Position numbers and translations under genes: made by a program. This document shows positions 42,235-57,095 of a stretch of DNA of 64,000 nt, piece after piece. Origin of the DNA: Eledone cirrhosa (Eukaryota); contig OZ024766.1 in assembly GCA_964016885.1 (NCBI GenBank), positions 17,856,001 to 17,920,000 on the forward strand. Reading direction: 5' to 3'. The notes below the pieces were generated by a model, which did no database searches, was not told where the DNA came from, and saw only the letters and a list, made by a program, of their open reading frames with translations. Every line of letters starts with the position of its first letter. The stretch's first letter is position 1.

Positions 42235-43175
42235 CCCAAAAGTCAGCTCAAAAGTAACACAGAGGAGACTGAGGTTAGCTGGACATGCTCACCGACATCC
42301 AGAGTTGACACTGCACTCAGTGCTCCTTTGGGAGCCCCTACATGGACACACTGGAAGAGGGAGACTGAGGTTAGCTGGACATGCTCACTGACATCCAGAG
42401 TTGACACTGCACTCAGTGCTCCTGTGGGAGCCCCTACATGGACACACTGGAAAAGGAAGACTGAGGTTAGCTGGACATGCTCACTGACATCCAGAGTTGA
42501 CACTGCACTCAGTGCTCCTGTGGGAGCCCCTACATGGACACACTGGAAGAGGGAGACTGAGGTTAGCTGGACATGCTCACCGACATCCAGAGTTGACACT
42601 GCACTCAGTGCTCCTGTGGGAGCCCCTACATGGACACACTGGAAGAGGGAGACTGAGGTTAGCTGGACATGCTCACCGACATCCAGAGTTGACACTGCAC
42701 TCAGTGCTCCTGTGGGAGCCCCTACATGGACACACTGGAAAAGGAAGACTGAGGTTAGCTGGACATGCTAATCGACATCCAGAGTTGACACTGCACTCAG
42801 TGCTCCTGTGGGAGCCCCCTACATGGACACACTGGAAAAGGAAGACTGAGGTTAGCTGGACATGCTCATCGACATCCAGAGTTGACACTGCACTCAGTGC
42901 TCCTGTGGGAGCCCCTGCATGGACACACTGGAAGAGGAAGACTGAGGTTAGCTGGACATGGTCACCGACATCCAGAGTTGACACTGCACTCAGTGCTCCT
43001 GTGGGAGCCCCCTACATGGACACACTGGAAGAGGAAGACCAAGGTTAACGTATGTTGATGCCCTAAGGACAGACACTGGTCTGTTGGAGACGCAGGATAT
43101 GGCAGCCATAATGAGGGACAGAGACCGCTGGAGAGAACTCGTCCATGGATCTCGGGAATTTTACCTTCCTTAGAT
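42235..43175 (+). mobile_element. RTE-clade (RTE-X-like) LINE 3' end with ~8 x 96-bp internal tandem
   Basis: RRLRLAGHAHRHPELTLHSVLLWEPLHGHTGRG repeats, then GRPRLTYVDAL..DTG and (TAGA)n tail. Confidence 0.88.
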
Positions 43176-43335
43176 AGATAGATATATATATGTATATATA
43201 TATAAATGTGTGTATATATATACACAGTCAATAGTACAGGACAGAGAGAAATGTGTGTGTGTGTGTGTATATATATTTATCCTAGAGCCAACCAGACAGA
43301 CAGACAGACAGACAGACAGAGAGAGAGAGAGAGAT

Positions 43336-43372
<37 letters not shown>

Positions 43373-43390
43373 GAGGGAGGGAGAGAGAAT

Positions 43391-43452
<62 letters not shown>

Positions 43453-43527
43453 GAGGGAGGGAGAGAGAATGAGAGAAAGAGAGAGAGAGAGAGATAGGTT
43501 GCTATGTTACAGCCTACTATTGGATGA

Positions 43528-43537
43528 CCATATATGG
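43528..43537. promoter_or_regulatory. CArG box CCATATATGG
   Basis: Context ATGACCATATATGGAAGG in a unique island between microsatellites. Confidence 0.4.
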
Positions 43538-43735
43538 AAGGCCAGAGACAATGACTCTCCTATCACCTTTCCCCTCCCCCTACCCCCCCCCCTCTCACTG
43601 ACTGATGCTACCCCCCCCCCCCTACTGCTACTGCTGCTACTGCTGCTGCTACTACTACTGCTGCTGCTGCTGCTGCTACTACTGCTGCTGCTCCTGCTGC
43701 TGCTGCTGCTACTACTACTATTACTGCTGCTGCTG

Positions 43736-43768
<33 letters not shown>

Positions 43769-43781
43769 TTACTACTACTAT

Positions 43782-43812
<31 letters not shown>

Positions 43813-44197
43813 TGAGGTACATCTGACTGCACAGAGCCGGGATGCTCTGCCGACTTAGGAGTTCGTCCTGGTTTCATTGGAAAGTGTTTTAGTACAACAC
43901 ACACAGACACACACACAGACATACACACAGACACACACAGACATACACACACACACAGACATACACACAGACATACACACACACACACAGACATAGACAC
44001 ACACAGACATACTCTCTCTTTCACACACACACACATATATACTCTCTCACACACACACACACAAAAACCCTGTCTCGGGGACACACACACCCACACACTT
44101 TCTCTCTCTCTTTCACACACATTCTCACACACACACACACACATTTTCTCTCTCTCAGGACGGAATTCCAATATAATATATCAAGTGTATATATACC

Positions 44198-44925
44198 ATC
44201 ATCATTTCATTTTACGTCTGCTTTTCCCTGCTTGCAAGGGTGGGACAGGAACTGATTCTGGCTTGATCTCTACAGCTGGATGCCCTTCCTAACACCAACC
44301 TCATTTACAGTGAGTGCTGGGTGCTTTTTTTGCCGTGGCACCTCCACGTCCACTTTGCAGTGAGTGCTGGGTACTTTTTTGCCATGGCACCTCCACGACC
44401 ACTTTACAGTGTGGGCTGGGTGCTTTTTTGCCGTGGCACCCCCACGACCACTTTACAGTGAGTGCTGGGTGCTTTTTTGCCATGGCACCTCCACGACCAC
44501 TTTACAGTGAGTGCTGGGTACTTTTTTGCCATGGCACCTCCACGACCACTTTACAGTGTGGGCTGGGTGCTTTTTTGCTGTGGCACCCCCACGACCACTT
44601 TACAGTGTGGGCTGGGTGCTTTTTTGCCGTGGCACCTCCACGACCACTTTACAGTGTGGGCTGGGTGCTTTTTTGCTGTGGCACCTCCACAACCACTTTA
44701 CAGTGTGGGCTGGGTGCTTTTTTGCTGTGGCACCCCCACGACCACTTTACAGTGGAATGATAGGGACCCCAGTCCCTATCATCTCATTTCTACAGCTGAG
44801 TAAACTGGAGCAATGTGAAATAAAGTGTCTTGCTCAAGGAAACAACACATCACCCGGTCTGAGAATTGAACTCACAACCTTTCGATTGCAAGGCCAATGC
44901 TCTAACCACTAAGCCATGTGCCTCC
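44198..44925 (-). mobile_element. Full-length SINE A with ~9 x 49-bp units
   Basis: Same layout as 36243-38697. Confidence 0.92.
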
Positions 44926-44941
44926 ATATATATATATATAT

Positions 44942-45145
44942 AACGAAGGAAATGTGGTAAGGAACCAAGTGGACCATAACGCACCAAAGTACTCAATACT
45001 TAGGGTAGTAGAGTGGGTAATAGGAACGAGTAGGACCCCGACGGTTGAGCTCAAGCCATTTCGACGGCTAATTCTGGACTAAATGAGTCCGGAATTAGCC
45101 GTCGAAACGGCTTGAGCTCAGCCGTCGGGGTCCTACTCGTTCCTA
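44942..45145 (+). mobile_element. Family P2 foldback element
   Basis: Body plus inverted distal segment centred at ~45083. Confidence 0.75.
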
Positions 45146-45275
45146 TATATATATATATATATGATTCCAGTTCCTCAGTGAAATAACAACCCAACAAGGA
45201 ACTGGGCATATCAGAGTATTGACAAAGTTATACACCTCAACAACATATGTACTTGTCTATACCACACTAATTCGG

Positions 45276-45330
45276 ACTGCCTGAAGAGATCACAGCCAAA
45301 AATGGCTGCTACTGAAATATATATAGCAGT
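45276..45330 (+). ncRNA. Minimal hammerhead with internal loop at the base of helix II
   Basis: ACTGC-CTGAAGA-GATCA-CAGCCA-aaaa-TGGCTG-CTACT-GAAA-TATATA-TA-GCAGT, then AATAAA. Confidence 0.7.
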
Positions 45331-45622
45331 AATAAACGAAGCTAAATTTTAAACATTTGACTTATTTATTTTACTTTATTTTATATATATATATATATAT
45401 ATGAAAAGAGGCAGGACCCCGACGGCTGAGCTCTGGCCATTTCGACAGATAGATCTTAACTGTTCAGCTCTAGTTGTCGAAACGACCGGAGCTCAGCCGC
45501 GGGGGTCCTGACTCTTTTCCTATTACCCACTCTACTACCCTAAGTATTGAGTACTCTGGTGAGTTATGGTCCACCTGGTTCCTTACCACACCTCCTTTGT
45601 TATATATATATATATATATGAT

Positions 45623-45967
45623 GGAGGCACATGGCTTAGTGGTTAGAGCATTGGCCTTGCAATCGAAAGGTTGTGAGTTCAATTCTCAGACCGGGTGATG
45701 TGTTGTTTCCTTGAGCAAGACACTTTATTTCACATTGCTCCAGTTTACTCAGCTGTAGAAATGAGATGATAGGGACTGGGGCCCCTATCATTCCACTGTA
45801 AAGTGGTCGTGGAGGTGCCACGGCAAAAAAGCACCCAGCACTCACTGTAAATGAGGTTGGTGTTAGGAAGGGCATCCAGCTGTAGAAATCAAGCCAGAAT
45901 CAGTTCCCGTCCCACCCCTTCCCAAGCAGGGAAAAGTGGACGCAAAATGATGATGATGATGATGATG
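45623..45967 (+). mobile_element. Full-length SINE A with one 49-bp unit (reference structure)
   Basis: tRNA head with A/B boxes, CORE-like body, hairpin, one unit, ggaagggcatccagctgtag segment, RTE-type tail (TGA)n. Confidence 0.92.
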
Positions 45968-45999
45968 ATACACACATATATATATATATACACAAATTC

Positions 46000-46545
46000 T
46001 GGGAAGGCTCTGTAGAAACAGTAGACAGCTTCTGCTACCTAGGCGACTGAATTAACAGCAGAGCTGGATGTTCTGAAAGTACAATAACTAGGGTAAGAAC
46101 GGGATGGAAGAAGTTCAGTGAACTACTGACACTGCTTGCTGCAAAAGGCTTTTCCCTCAAAATGAAAGGCAGACTGTATGATGCGTGTATACAAACAGCA
46201 ATGTTACATGGTAGTGAGACTTGGGCATTGTGTGTAGAAGACTTGCATGGATTAGAAAGAAACGAAGCTTGCATGCTCCGATGGATGTGTAATAGTAATA
46301 TACGCGAACGGCAAAGCAGAAATGAATTGAGAGAGAGACTGCATGAAAGGAGAGGAGATTGCATTGGTATGGACATGTGATGCGTATGAAGGATGACAGC
46401 TGCATAAAAAGGTGCAGGGCACTAGAAGTCAATAGAAACCGCGGAGTGGGGAGACCCAAGAAGACCTGGGATGAGGTGATAAAAGCCGACCTTACCCAAT
46501 TGCACCTCTCAAAGGCGATGACATAGGACTGAGATCTTTGGCAAT
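46000..46545 (+). mobile_element. RTE LINE ORF2 fragment
   Basis: VETVDSFCYLGD...GRLYDACIQTAMLHGSETW...GRPKKTW with a deletion. Confidence 0.88.
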
Positions 46546-46552
46546 ACGAAGT

Positions 46553-47518
46553 CCCCTATCTTGCTCAGAACATTGACCCCCTGGAAATTGTTCAGAGACG
46601 TGCAACCAAGCGCATACCCTCCATCAGGCATCTACCATACTCTGAATGCCTTGCTTCTCTGGGCATGGATACATTGAAGCTCCGACATCTGGCAACTGAC
46701 TTGGTAAACACCCACAAAATTATTAACCATCTTGCCAACAACAACCCTGAGTACCTTTTTGATTTCCATGTGTCTAACACACGTGGACATGCCCACAAAG
46801 TCAGAAAACAGCACAGCTCCCATGACTTTCGGAAACATTTTTTCACACTCAGAGTTGCTGAAGCATGGAACAAACTACCTGCATCAGTTGTTAGCTGTCG
46901 AGACACTGCATCCTTTAAAACCTCCATGGAACAAACTACCTGCGTCAGTTGTTAGCTGTCGAGACACTGCATCCTTTAAAACCTCCATGGAACAAACTCC
47001 CTGCTGCATCTGTTGTTAGATGTCGAGACACTGCATCCTTTAAAACCTCCATGGAACAAACTACCTGCATCAGTTGTTAGATGTTGAGACACTGCATCCT
47101 TTAAAACCTCCATGGAACAAACTACCTGCATCAGTTGTTAGCTGTCGAGACACTGCATCCTTTAAAACCTCCATGGAACAAACTTCCTGCATCAGTTGTT
47201 AGCTGTCGAGACACTGCATCCTTTAAAACCTCCATGGAACAAACTACCTGCATCAGTTGTTAGCTGTTGAGACACTGCATCCTTTAAAACCTCCATGGAA
47301 CAATCTACCTGCGTCAGTTGTTAGCTGTCGAGACACTGCATCCTTTAAAACCTCCATGGAACAAACTCCCTGCATCAGTTGTTAGCTGTCGAGACACTGC
47401 ATCCTTTAAAACCTCCATGGAACAAACTCCCTGCATCAGTTGTTAGCTGTCGAGACACTGCATCCTTTAAAACCTCCATGGAACAAACTTCCTGCATCAG
47501 TTGTTAGCTGTCGAGACA
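46553..47518 (+). mobile_element. CR1 LINE fragment with ~11 x 61-bp tandem (46865-47518)
   Basis: ORF 46665-46955; same unit and start point as the 18926 array. Confidence 0.92.
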
Positions 47519-47717
47519 TCTATGTGAAATGAAAGGTAAAGAGAAATAACACAGCAAACAACACAGCACAATAAATAAATATATTAGTTTAACGCCTGAA
47601 ATAGAAGGAAAAGAGTTTCAATGTTTCGGACAGTAGTCCTTCATCAAAAGATAGAAAGAGAGAGGGAAGTGTGAGGGTGAAGGAATGGGATAAAGAAATT
47701 GAGAAAAAAACCCACAT

Positions 47718-48835
47718 TACATTACACCACACTACACTACACTACAGTACACTACACTACACTACACTACACTACACTACACTACACTACACTACACTAC
47801 ACTACACTACAGAACACCACACTACACTACACTACGCAACACAACACTACACTACACTACACTACACTACACTACAGTACACTACAGTACACCACACTAC
47901 ACTACACTACACTACACTACACTACACCACACTACACTACACTATACTACACTACACTACGCAACACGACACTACACTACACTACAGTACACTACACTAC
48001 ACTACACTACACTACACTACACTACACTACACTACACTACACTACACTACACTACACGACACTACACTACACTACAGAACACCACACTACACTACACGAC
48101 ACTACACTACACTACACCACACTACACTACAGAACACTACACTACGCAACACTACACTACACTACACTACACTACACTACACTACACTACAGAATACCAC
48201 ACTACACTACACTACACCACACTACACTACACTACACTATACTACACTACACTACACTACACTACAGAACACCACACTACACCACACTACACTACACTAG
48301 ACTACGCAACATGACACTACACTACACTACAGAATACCACACTACACTACACTACACTACACTACACTACAGTACACTACACTACACTACACTACACTAC
48401 ACTACACTACACTACACTACGTCACACTACAGAACACTACACAACACCACACTACACTACACTAGACTACACAACATGACACTACAGTACACAACACTAC
48501 ACTACACTACACTACACTACACTACACTACACTACACTACACTACAGTACACCACACTACACCACACTATGCAACACGACACTACACTATACTACACCAC
48601 ACTAAACCACACCACACCACTAGACCACACCACACCACACCACACCACATCACACCACAGCACACTACACCACACCACACTACACCACACTACACCACAC
48701 TACACCACACTACACCACACCACAGCACACCACACCACATCACACCACAGCACACTACACCACACCACACTACACCACACCACACCACACCACAGCACAC
48801 CACACCACCACACCACCACCACACCACCACCACCT
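47718..48835. repeat. (ACTAC)n/(ACCAC)n pentanucleotide microsatellite
   Basis: Direct inspection. Confidence 0.95.
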
Positions 48836-49252
48836 TCAGTGAAATTCATCTTCTCTCCAAATTTGCTCAAGTAAAAATAGTTTCCAGTTGATAAGAAAAC
48901 CGAATTGCTTACCAAATTCTATCTACTACCTATCTAGACATATAAATATATATGTGTGTATATATATATGTGTGTGTGTGTGTATATATGTATATATATA
49001 TATATATGTGTGTGTGTGTATATGTATATATATATGTGTGTGTGTGTATATATATGTATTTATGTGTGTGTGTGTGTAGATATATGTATATATGTGTGTG
49101 TGTGTGTGTGTATATATATGTGTGTGTGTGTGTGTGTATATATGTATATATATATATATATATGTGTGTGTGTATATATGTATATATATATGTGTGTGTG
49201 TGTATATATATGTATATATATATATATATGTGTGTGTGTCTGTGTATATATG

Positions 49253-49291
<39 letters not shown>

Positions 49292-49919
49292 CTATATATG
49301 TATATATATATATATATGTATGTGTGTGTATATATGTATATATATATATATATGTGTGTGTGTGTTGTGTATATATATGTATATATGTGTTTATATATGT
49401 ATATGTGTGTGTATATATATACACATACACATACATATATATATAGCATGCAAAATTTGGTAAGCTGGTAATTCCTTTCCCTCTTATATCGACATATATA
49501 CCCCTATCCACACAAATATACACATATACACACCTATACACTCAAATATACACATATATACACACATGTACACACTTATCCACTCAAATATACACATATA
49601 TACACATATATACACATATATACACACCTATCCACTCAAATATACGAAGATATACACCTATACACAAATATATACACATATATACACACGTATACACACC
49701 TATCCACTCAAATATACACACATATACACCAACCTACCAGTAGTCAAGCCAGGTAGCTCAGGTATTAATTTCAGCGAGAGATTTCTAAGAATATATAAAT
49801 AAAACATCCCCGCTTTCTCACATTTTCCATGAATGTCTTAAAAAATATTCTGAAAAACATTTACCTTGCTGTTGTTGTAGTTGTTGCGTGCGGGTCTTTT
49901 TTGCTACTTCATATTAAAG

Positions 49920-52410
49920 AACACTATCGCTAAATTATGTTAAATATTAGAGTCTTTACTGTAATACTGTAAATATTCACAACAATCTGTCCACCAGTAA
50001 AGATACTATAAACATTTAGTACAAAACAACACTATGGCTACATCACTTTAAATATTAGTCTTTACTGTAATACTGTAAATATTCACAACAATCTGTCCAC
50101 CAGTAAAGATACTATAAACATTTAGTAGAAAACAACACTATGACTACATCACATTAAATATTAAAGTCTTTACTGTAATACTGTAAATATTCACAACAAT
50201 CTGTCCACCAGTAAAGATACTATAAACATTTAGTACAAAACAACACTATGACTACATCACATTAAATATTAAAGTCTTTACTGTAATACTGTAAATATTC
50301 ACAACAATCTGTCTACCAGTAAAGATACTATAAACATTTAGTACAAAACAACACTATGACTACATCACATTAAATATTAAAGTCTTTACTGTAATACTGT
50401 AAATATTCACAACAATCTGTCCACCAGTAAAGATACTATAAACATTTAGTACAAAACAACACTATGGCTACATCACTTTAAATATTAGTCTTTACTGTAA
50501 TACTGTAAATATTCACAACAATCTGTCCACCAGTAAAGATACTATAAACATTTAGTAGAAAACAACACTATGACTACATCACATTAAATATTAGTCTTTA
50601 CTGTAATACTGTAAATATTCACAACAATCTGTCCACCAGTAAAGATACTATAAACATTTAGTACAAAACAACACTATGGCTACATCACATTAAATATTAA
50701 AGTCTTTACTGTAATACTGTAAATATTCACAACAATCTGTCTACCAGTAAAGATACTATAAACATTTAGTACAAAACAACACTATGACTACATCACATTA
50801 AATATTAAAGTCTTTACTGTAATACTGTAAATATTCACAACAATCTGTCCACCAGTAAAGATACTATAAACATTTAGTACAAAACAACACTATGACTACA
50901 TCACATTAAATATTATAGTCTTTACTGTAATACTGTAAATATTCACAACAATCTGTCCACCAGTAAAGATACTATAAACATTTAGTACAAAACAACACTA
51001 TGACTACATCACATTAAATATTAAAGTCTTTACTGTAATACTGTAAATATTCACAACAATCTGTCCACCAGTAAAGATACTATAAACATTTAGTACAAAA
51101 CAACACTATGACTACATCACTTTAAATATTAGTCTTTACTGTAATACTGTAAATATTCACAACAATCTGTCTACCAGTAAAGATACTATAAACATTTAGT
51201 ACAAAACAACACTATGACTACATCACTTTAAATATTAGTCTTTACTGTAATACTGTAAATATTCACAACAATGTGTCTACCAGTAAAGATACTATAAACA
51301 TTTAGTACAAAACAACACTATGACTACATCACATTAAATATTAAAGTCTTTACTGTAATACTGTAAATATTCACAACAATCTGTCTACCAGTAAAGATAC
51401 TATAAACATTTAGTACAAAACAACACTATGACTACATCACATTAAATATTAAAGTCTTTACTGTAATACTGTAAATATTCACAACAATCTGTCCACCAGT
51501 AAAGATACTATAAACATTTAGTACAAAACAACACTATGACTACATCACATTAAATATTATAGTCTTTACTGTAATACTGTAAATATTCACAACAATCTGT
51601 CCACCAGTAAAGATACTATAAACATTTAGTACAAAACAACACTATGACTACATCACATTAAATATTAAAGTCTTTACTGTAATACTGTAAATATTCACAA
51701 CAATCTGTCCACCAGTAAAGATACTATAAACATTTAGTACAAAACAACACTATGACTACATCACATTAAATATTATAGTCTTTACTGTAATACTGTAAAT
51801 ATTCACAACAATCTGTCTACCAGTAAAGATACTATAAACATTTAGTAGAAAACAACACTATGACTACATCACATTATATATCAAAGTCTTTACTGTAATA
51901 CTGTAAATATTCACAACAATCTGTCCACCAGTAAAGATACTATAAACATTTAGTACAAAACAACACTATGACTACATCACATTAAATATTAAAGTCTTTA
52001 CTGTAATACTGTAAATATTCACAACAATCTGTCTACCAGTAAAGATACTATAAACATTTAGTAGAAAACAACACTATGACTACATCACATTAAATATTAA
52101 AGTCTTTACTGTAATACTGTAAATATTCACAACAATCTGTCCACCAGTAAAGATACTATAAACATTTAGTACAAAACAACACTATGACTACATCACATTA
52201 AATATTAAAGTCTTTACTGTAATACTGTAAATATTCACAACAATCTGTCTACCAGTAAAGATACTATAAACATTTAGTACAAAACAACACTATGACTACA
52301 TCACATTAAATATTAAAGTCTTTACTGTAATACTGTAAATATTCACAACAATCTGTCCACCAGTAAAGATACTATAAACATTTAGTACAAAACAATACTA
52401 TGACTACATC
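49920..52410. repeat. 106-108-bp minisatellite, ~23 copies
   Basis: Unit acaaaacaacactatgactacatcac...gtccaccagtaaagatactataaacatttagt, which contains one 30-bp satellite monomer. Confidence 0.95.
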
Positions 52411-52411
52411 A

Positions 52412-54290
52412 GTTGGTTTTGTCTGTAAAATCTGTCCAGTGATTCTTTCCTGAGACATTCTAACCACATGCACGTAGTATCAGAGCTGTGATCTCTCAAT
52501 TCAGAGAAGTAGCAGCTCTACCTGGAGTGACTCTCCAGTGATTCTTACCTGAGACATTCTAACCACATGTCCATAGTATCAGAGCTGTGATCTCTCAATT
52601 CAGAGAAGTAGCAGCTCTACCTGGAGTGACTCTCCAGTGATTCTTACCTGAGACATTCTAACCACATGTCCATAGTATCAGAGCTGTGATCTCTCAATTC
52701 AGAGAAGTAGCAGCTCTACCTGGAGTGACTCTCCAGTGATTCTTTCCTGAGACATTCTAACCACATGTCCATAGTATCAGAGCTGTGGTCTCTCAATTCA
52801 GAGAAGTAGCAGCTCTACCTGGAGTGACTCTCCAGTGATTCTTTCCTGAGACATTCTAACCACATGTTCATAGTATCAGAGCTGTGATCTCTCAATTCAG
52901 AGAAGTAGCAGCTCTACCTGGAGTGAATCTCTAGTGATTCTTACCTGAGACATTCTAACCACATGTCCATAGTATCAGAGCTGTGATCTCTCAATTCAGA
53001 GAAGTAGCAGCTCTACCTGGAGTGACTCTCCAGTGATTCTTTCCTGAGACATTCTAACCACATGTCCATAGTATCAGAGCTGTGATCTCTCAATTCAGAG
53101 AAGTAGCAGCTCTACCTGGAGTGACTCTCCAGTGATTCTTTCCTGAGACATTCTAACCACATGTTCATAGTATCAGAGCTGTGATCTCTCAATTCAGAGA
53201 AGTAGCAGCTCTACCTGGAGTGAATCTCTAGTGATTCTTACCTGAGACATTCTAACCACATGTCCATAGTATCAGAGCTGTGATCTCTCAATTCAGAGAA
53301 GTAGCAGCTCTACCTGGAGTGACTCTCCAGTGATTCTTTCCTGAGACATTCTAACCACATGTCCATAGTATCAGAGCTGTGATCTCTCAATTCAGAGAAG
53401 TAACAGCTCTACCTGGAGTGACTCTCCAGTGATTCTTTCCTGAGACATTCTAACCACATGTCCATAGTATCAGAGCTGTGATCCCTCAATTCAGAGAAGT
53501 AACAGCTCTACCTGGAGTGACTCTCCAGTGATTCTTTCCTGAGACATTCTAACCACATGTCCATAGTATCAGAGCTGTGATCTCTCAATTCAGAGAAGTA
53601 ACAGCTCTACCTGGAGTGACTCTCCAGTGATTCTTTCCTGAGATATTCTAACCACATGTCCATAGTATCAGAGCTGTGATCTCTCAATTCAGAGAAGTAG
53701 CAGCTCTACCTGGAGTGACTCTCCAGTGATTCTTTCCTGAGACATTCTAACCACATGTCAATAGTATCAGAGCTGTGATCTCTCAATTCAGAGAAGTAAC
53801 AGCTCTACCTGGAGTGACTCTCCAGTGATTCTTTCCTGAGACATTCTAACCACATGTCCATAGTATCAGAGCTGTGATCCCTCAATTCAGAGAAGTAACA
53901 GCTCTACCTGGAGTGACTCTCCAGTGATTCTTACCTGAGACATTCTAACCACATGTCCATAGTATCAGAGCTGTGGTCTCTCAATTCAGAGAAGTAGCAG
54001 CTCTACCTGGAGTGACTCTCCAGTGATTCTTTCCTGAGACATTCTAACCACATGTCCACAGTATCAGAGCTGTGATCTCTCAATTCAGAGAAGTAGCAGC
54101 TCTACCTGGAGTGACTCTCCAGTGATTCTTTCCTGAGACATTCTAACCACATGTCCATAGTATCAGAGCTGTGATCTCTCAATTCAGAGAAGTAACAGCT
54201 CTACCTGGAGTGACTCTCTGATCTCCGGTCTATGAACTCTGAAAAAGTAACGTTAACCCAAAGATCCTTCGGAAGAGTTCCCTAATATTT
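52412..54290 (-). mobile_element. Third RTE-clade LINE fragment with ~18 x 99-bp internal tandem (52436-54218)
   Basis: Minus strand reads ELFRRIFGLTL..VHRPEIR-[ESLQVELLLL*IERSQL*YYGHVVRMSQERITG]n-QILQTKPT. Confidence 0.85.
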
Positions 54291-54576
54291 GGGGAGAAGG
54301 GGGCACTGCACAGTAGAGCAACCCCAGGGAAAATACTCTGGATTAATCTATGACAGTTGACTATCATAAGTTGTTCTGTAAGAGGTGGTGGAGGGCAGAA
54401 TTTTAGGGTCATTTTGGAAAAAACCCTTCAGAACACCTGGATAAATTCTGTTGCTGATGATGATGATGATGGTGGTGATGATGATACTGATGATGATGAT
54501 GATGGTGGTGACAAAGGTGGTGGTGGTGGTGGTGAAGATAATCTACATATTAAAATAACAAAGCAGCGACTCTTCG

Positions 54577-55590
54577 ACCCCCCCCCCCCCCCCACACCAC
54601 CTACACCACCACCACCACCACCAACACTGCACCACCACTACCACTACACCACCACCACCACTACCACTACACCACCGCCACCACTACATCACCACCGCCG
54701 CCGCCACCACCACTACCACCACCGCCACCACCACCGCCGCCACCAACACTGCACCGCCGCCACCACCACTACCACCACCACCAACACCGCCACCACTACC
54801 ACTACACCACCACCACCACTACACCACGACCACCACTACCACCACCACCAACACTGCACCACCACCGCCGCCGCCACCACCACTACCACCACCACCACCA
54901 CCGCCGCCACCACCACCACTACCGCCACCACCAACACTGCACCACCACCGCCGCCGCCACCACCACTACCACCACCACCACCACCATCACCACCACCGCC
55001 GCCACCACCACCACAACCACCACCACCACCATCACCACCACCGCCGCCACCACCACCACAACCACCACCACCACTACCACCACCACCAGCACCGCCACCA
55101 CTACCACTACACCACCACCACCACTACACCACCACCACCACTACCACCACCACCAACACTGCACCACCACCGCCGCCGCCACCACCACTACCACCACCAC
55201 CACCACCGCCGCCACCACCACCACTACCGCCACCACCAACACTGCACCACCACCGCCGCCGCCACCACCACTACCACCACCACCACCACCATCACCACCA
55301 CCGCCGCCACCACCACCACAACCACCACCACCACCATCACCACCACCGCCGCCACCACCACCACAACCACCACCACCACTACCACCACCACCAGCACCGC
55401 CACCACTACCACTACACCACCACCACCACCACCAACATTGCACCACCACCACCACCACCACCACCACCACCACCGCCGCCACCACACCACCACCACTACC
55501 CCCACCACTACCCCCACCACTACCCCCACCGCACCACCACCACTACCCCCACCGCACCACCACCACCCTCAACCCACCTCACCCCACACT
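54577..55590. repeat. (CCA/CCG/CTA)n trinucleotide low-complexity tract
   Basis: Direct inspection; a mirror-composition (GGT)n tract lies at 62203-63365. Confidence 0.95.
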
Positions 55591-55709
55591 AGATACCTAC
55601 CTAATCACATACCTAACTTAAGTAAAAGTGAAATGAGCAGGTACATCCACGCTGACATATATAACTATTTTCATTCATGTATATATATGCATATATATAT
55701 GTGTATATA

Positions 55710-55744
<35 letters not shown>

Positions 55745-55852
55745 TTCATTTCTGAATTTGTTTAGCAAGATTCTTTATCTGAAAACGTGTGTGGAAACCG
55801 ATATTGTTATACTTTGGGAGGGTCATGTTGCCAATAAGAAACACACGCACCC

Positions 55853-55895
55853 GTCACTGAAGATGTCACAGAACGTGCGACGAAAGAACTTTGAC
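55853..55895 (+). ncRNA. Minimal hammerhead (family P1), one helix II mismatch
   Basis: GTCA-CTGAAGA-tGTCACA-gaacg-TGCGAC-GAAA-GAAC-TT-TGAC. Confidence 0.6.
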
Positions 55896-56042
55896 AATAT
55901 ATGAACAACCGTCTGGTTGTGGAACCAACCAACCAACAGGAAATTTATAAATTCTTAAATTTATAAATTTAATTTATAATAAATTGGAGTGAAACAACTG
56001 GTGCGTGTGTTTCTTATTGGCAACATGACCCTCCCAAAGTAT

Positions 56043-56120
<78 letters not shown>

Positions 56121-56946
56121 CGTTTCTGAATTTGTTTAGCAAGATTCTTTATTTATCTGAAATCGTGTGTTGAAACCGATATTGTTATACTTTGGGAGGG
56201 TCATGTTGCCAATAAGAAACACACGCACCAGTTGCTTTCACTTTCACTTCAATTTATTATAAATTATCATCATCATCATCATCATCATCGTTTAACGTCC
56301 GTGTTCCACGCTTGCATGGGTCTGGACGGGGGTTTTCCCACTTGAGGCAAGAGTGGTTGTCTTGCTCGCATAGGACTGTCTGGCGGGTTTTCTACGGCTG
56401 GGTGCCCTTCCTAACACCAACCACGTTTACAGTGTGGGGCTGGGAGGTTTTTACCGTGTTACCTACACGGCCACATTACAGCGTGGACTGTCTGGCGGGT
56501 TTTCTACAGCTGGATGCCCTTCCTAACACCAACCACATTTACAGTGTGGGGCTGGGAGGTTTTTACCGTGTTACCTACACGGCCACATTACAGCGTATAT
56601 ATATTGTTATACTTTGGGAGGGTCATGTTGCCAATAAGAAACACACGCACCAGTTGCTTTCACTCCAATTTATTATAAATTATATATATATACATATATA
56701 TATATTGTTATACTTTGGGAGGGTCATGTTGCCAATAAGAAACACATGCACCAGTTGCTTTCACTTCAATTTATTATACTGGACGGTTGTTCATATATTG
56801 TCAAAGTTCTTTCGTCACACGTTCTGTGACCTCTTCTGTGACTGGTGCGTGTGTTTCTTATTGGCAACATGACCCTCCCAAAGTATAACAATATCGGTTT
56901 CAACACACGTTTTCTGATAAAGAATCTTGCTAAACAAATTCAGAAA

Positions 56947-56986
<40 letters not shown>

Positions 56987-57095
56987 GAACAAGTAAGACC
57001 CCGACGGCTGAGCTCAAGCCGTTTCGACGGCTAATTCTGTACTGAATGAAGATTTATTCTGGTATTTAAATAGCCGAACTTATCAAGGGGTACTT

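Noticed and set aside
42281-42290. p53-like half-site GGACATGCTC in each 96-bp unit
   Set aside because: Single half-sites 96 bp apart that follow from the Gly-His-Ala codons; no paired site
45623-45695. tRNA gene call for SINE A heads
   Set aside because: A/B boxes are present but acceptor and anticodon stems pair poorly, and the head is always fused to the SINE body
47606-47652. Minus-strand HHR-like TTGATGA-aGGAC-tact-GTCC-GAAA-CATTG-AA
   Set aside because: C3 and the NUH triplet are missing and helix I is absent; at most a dead relic
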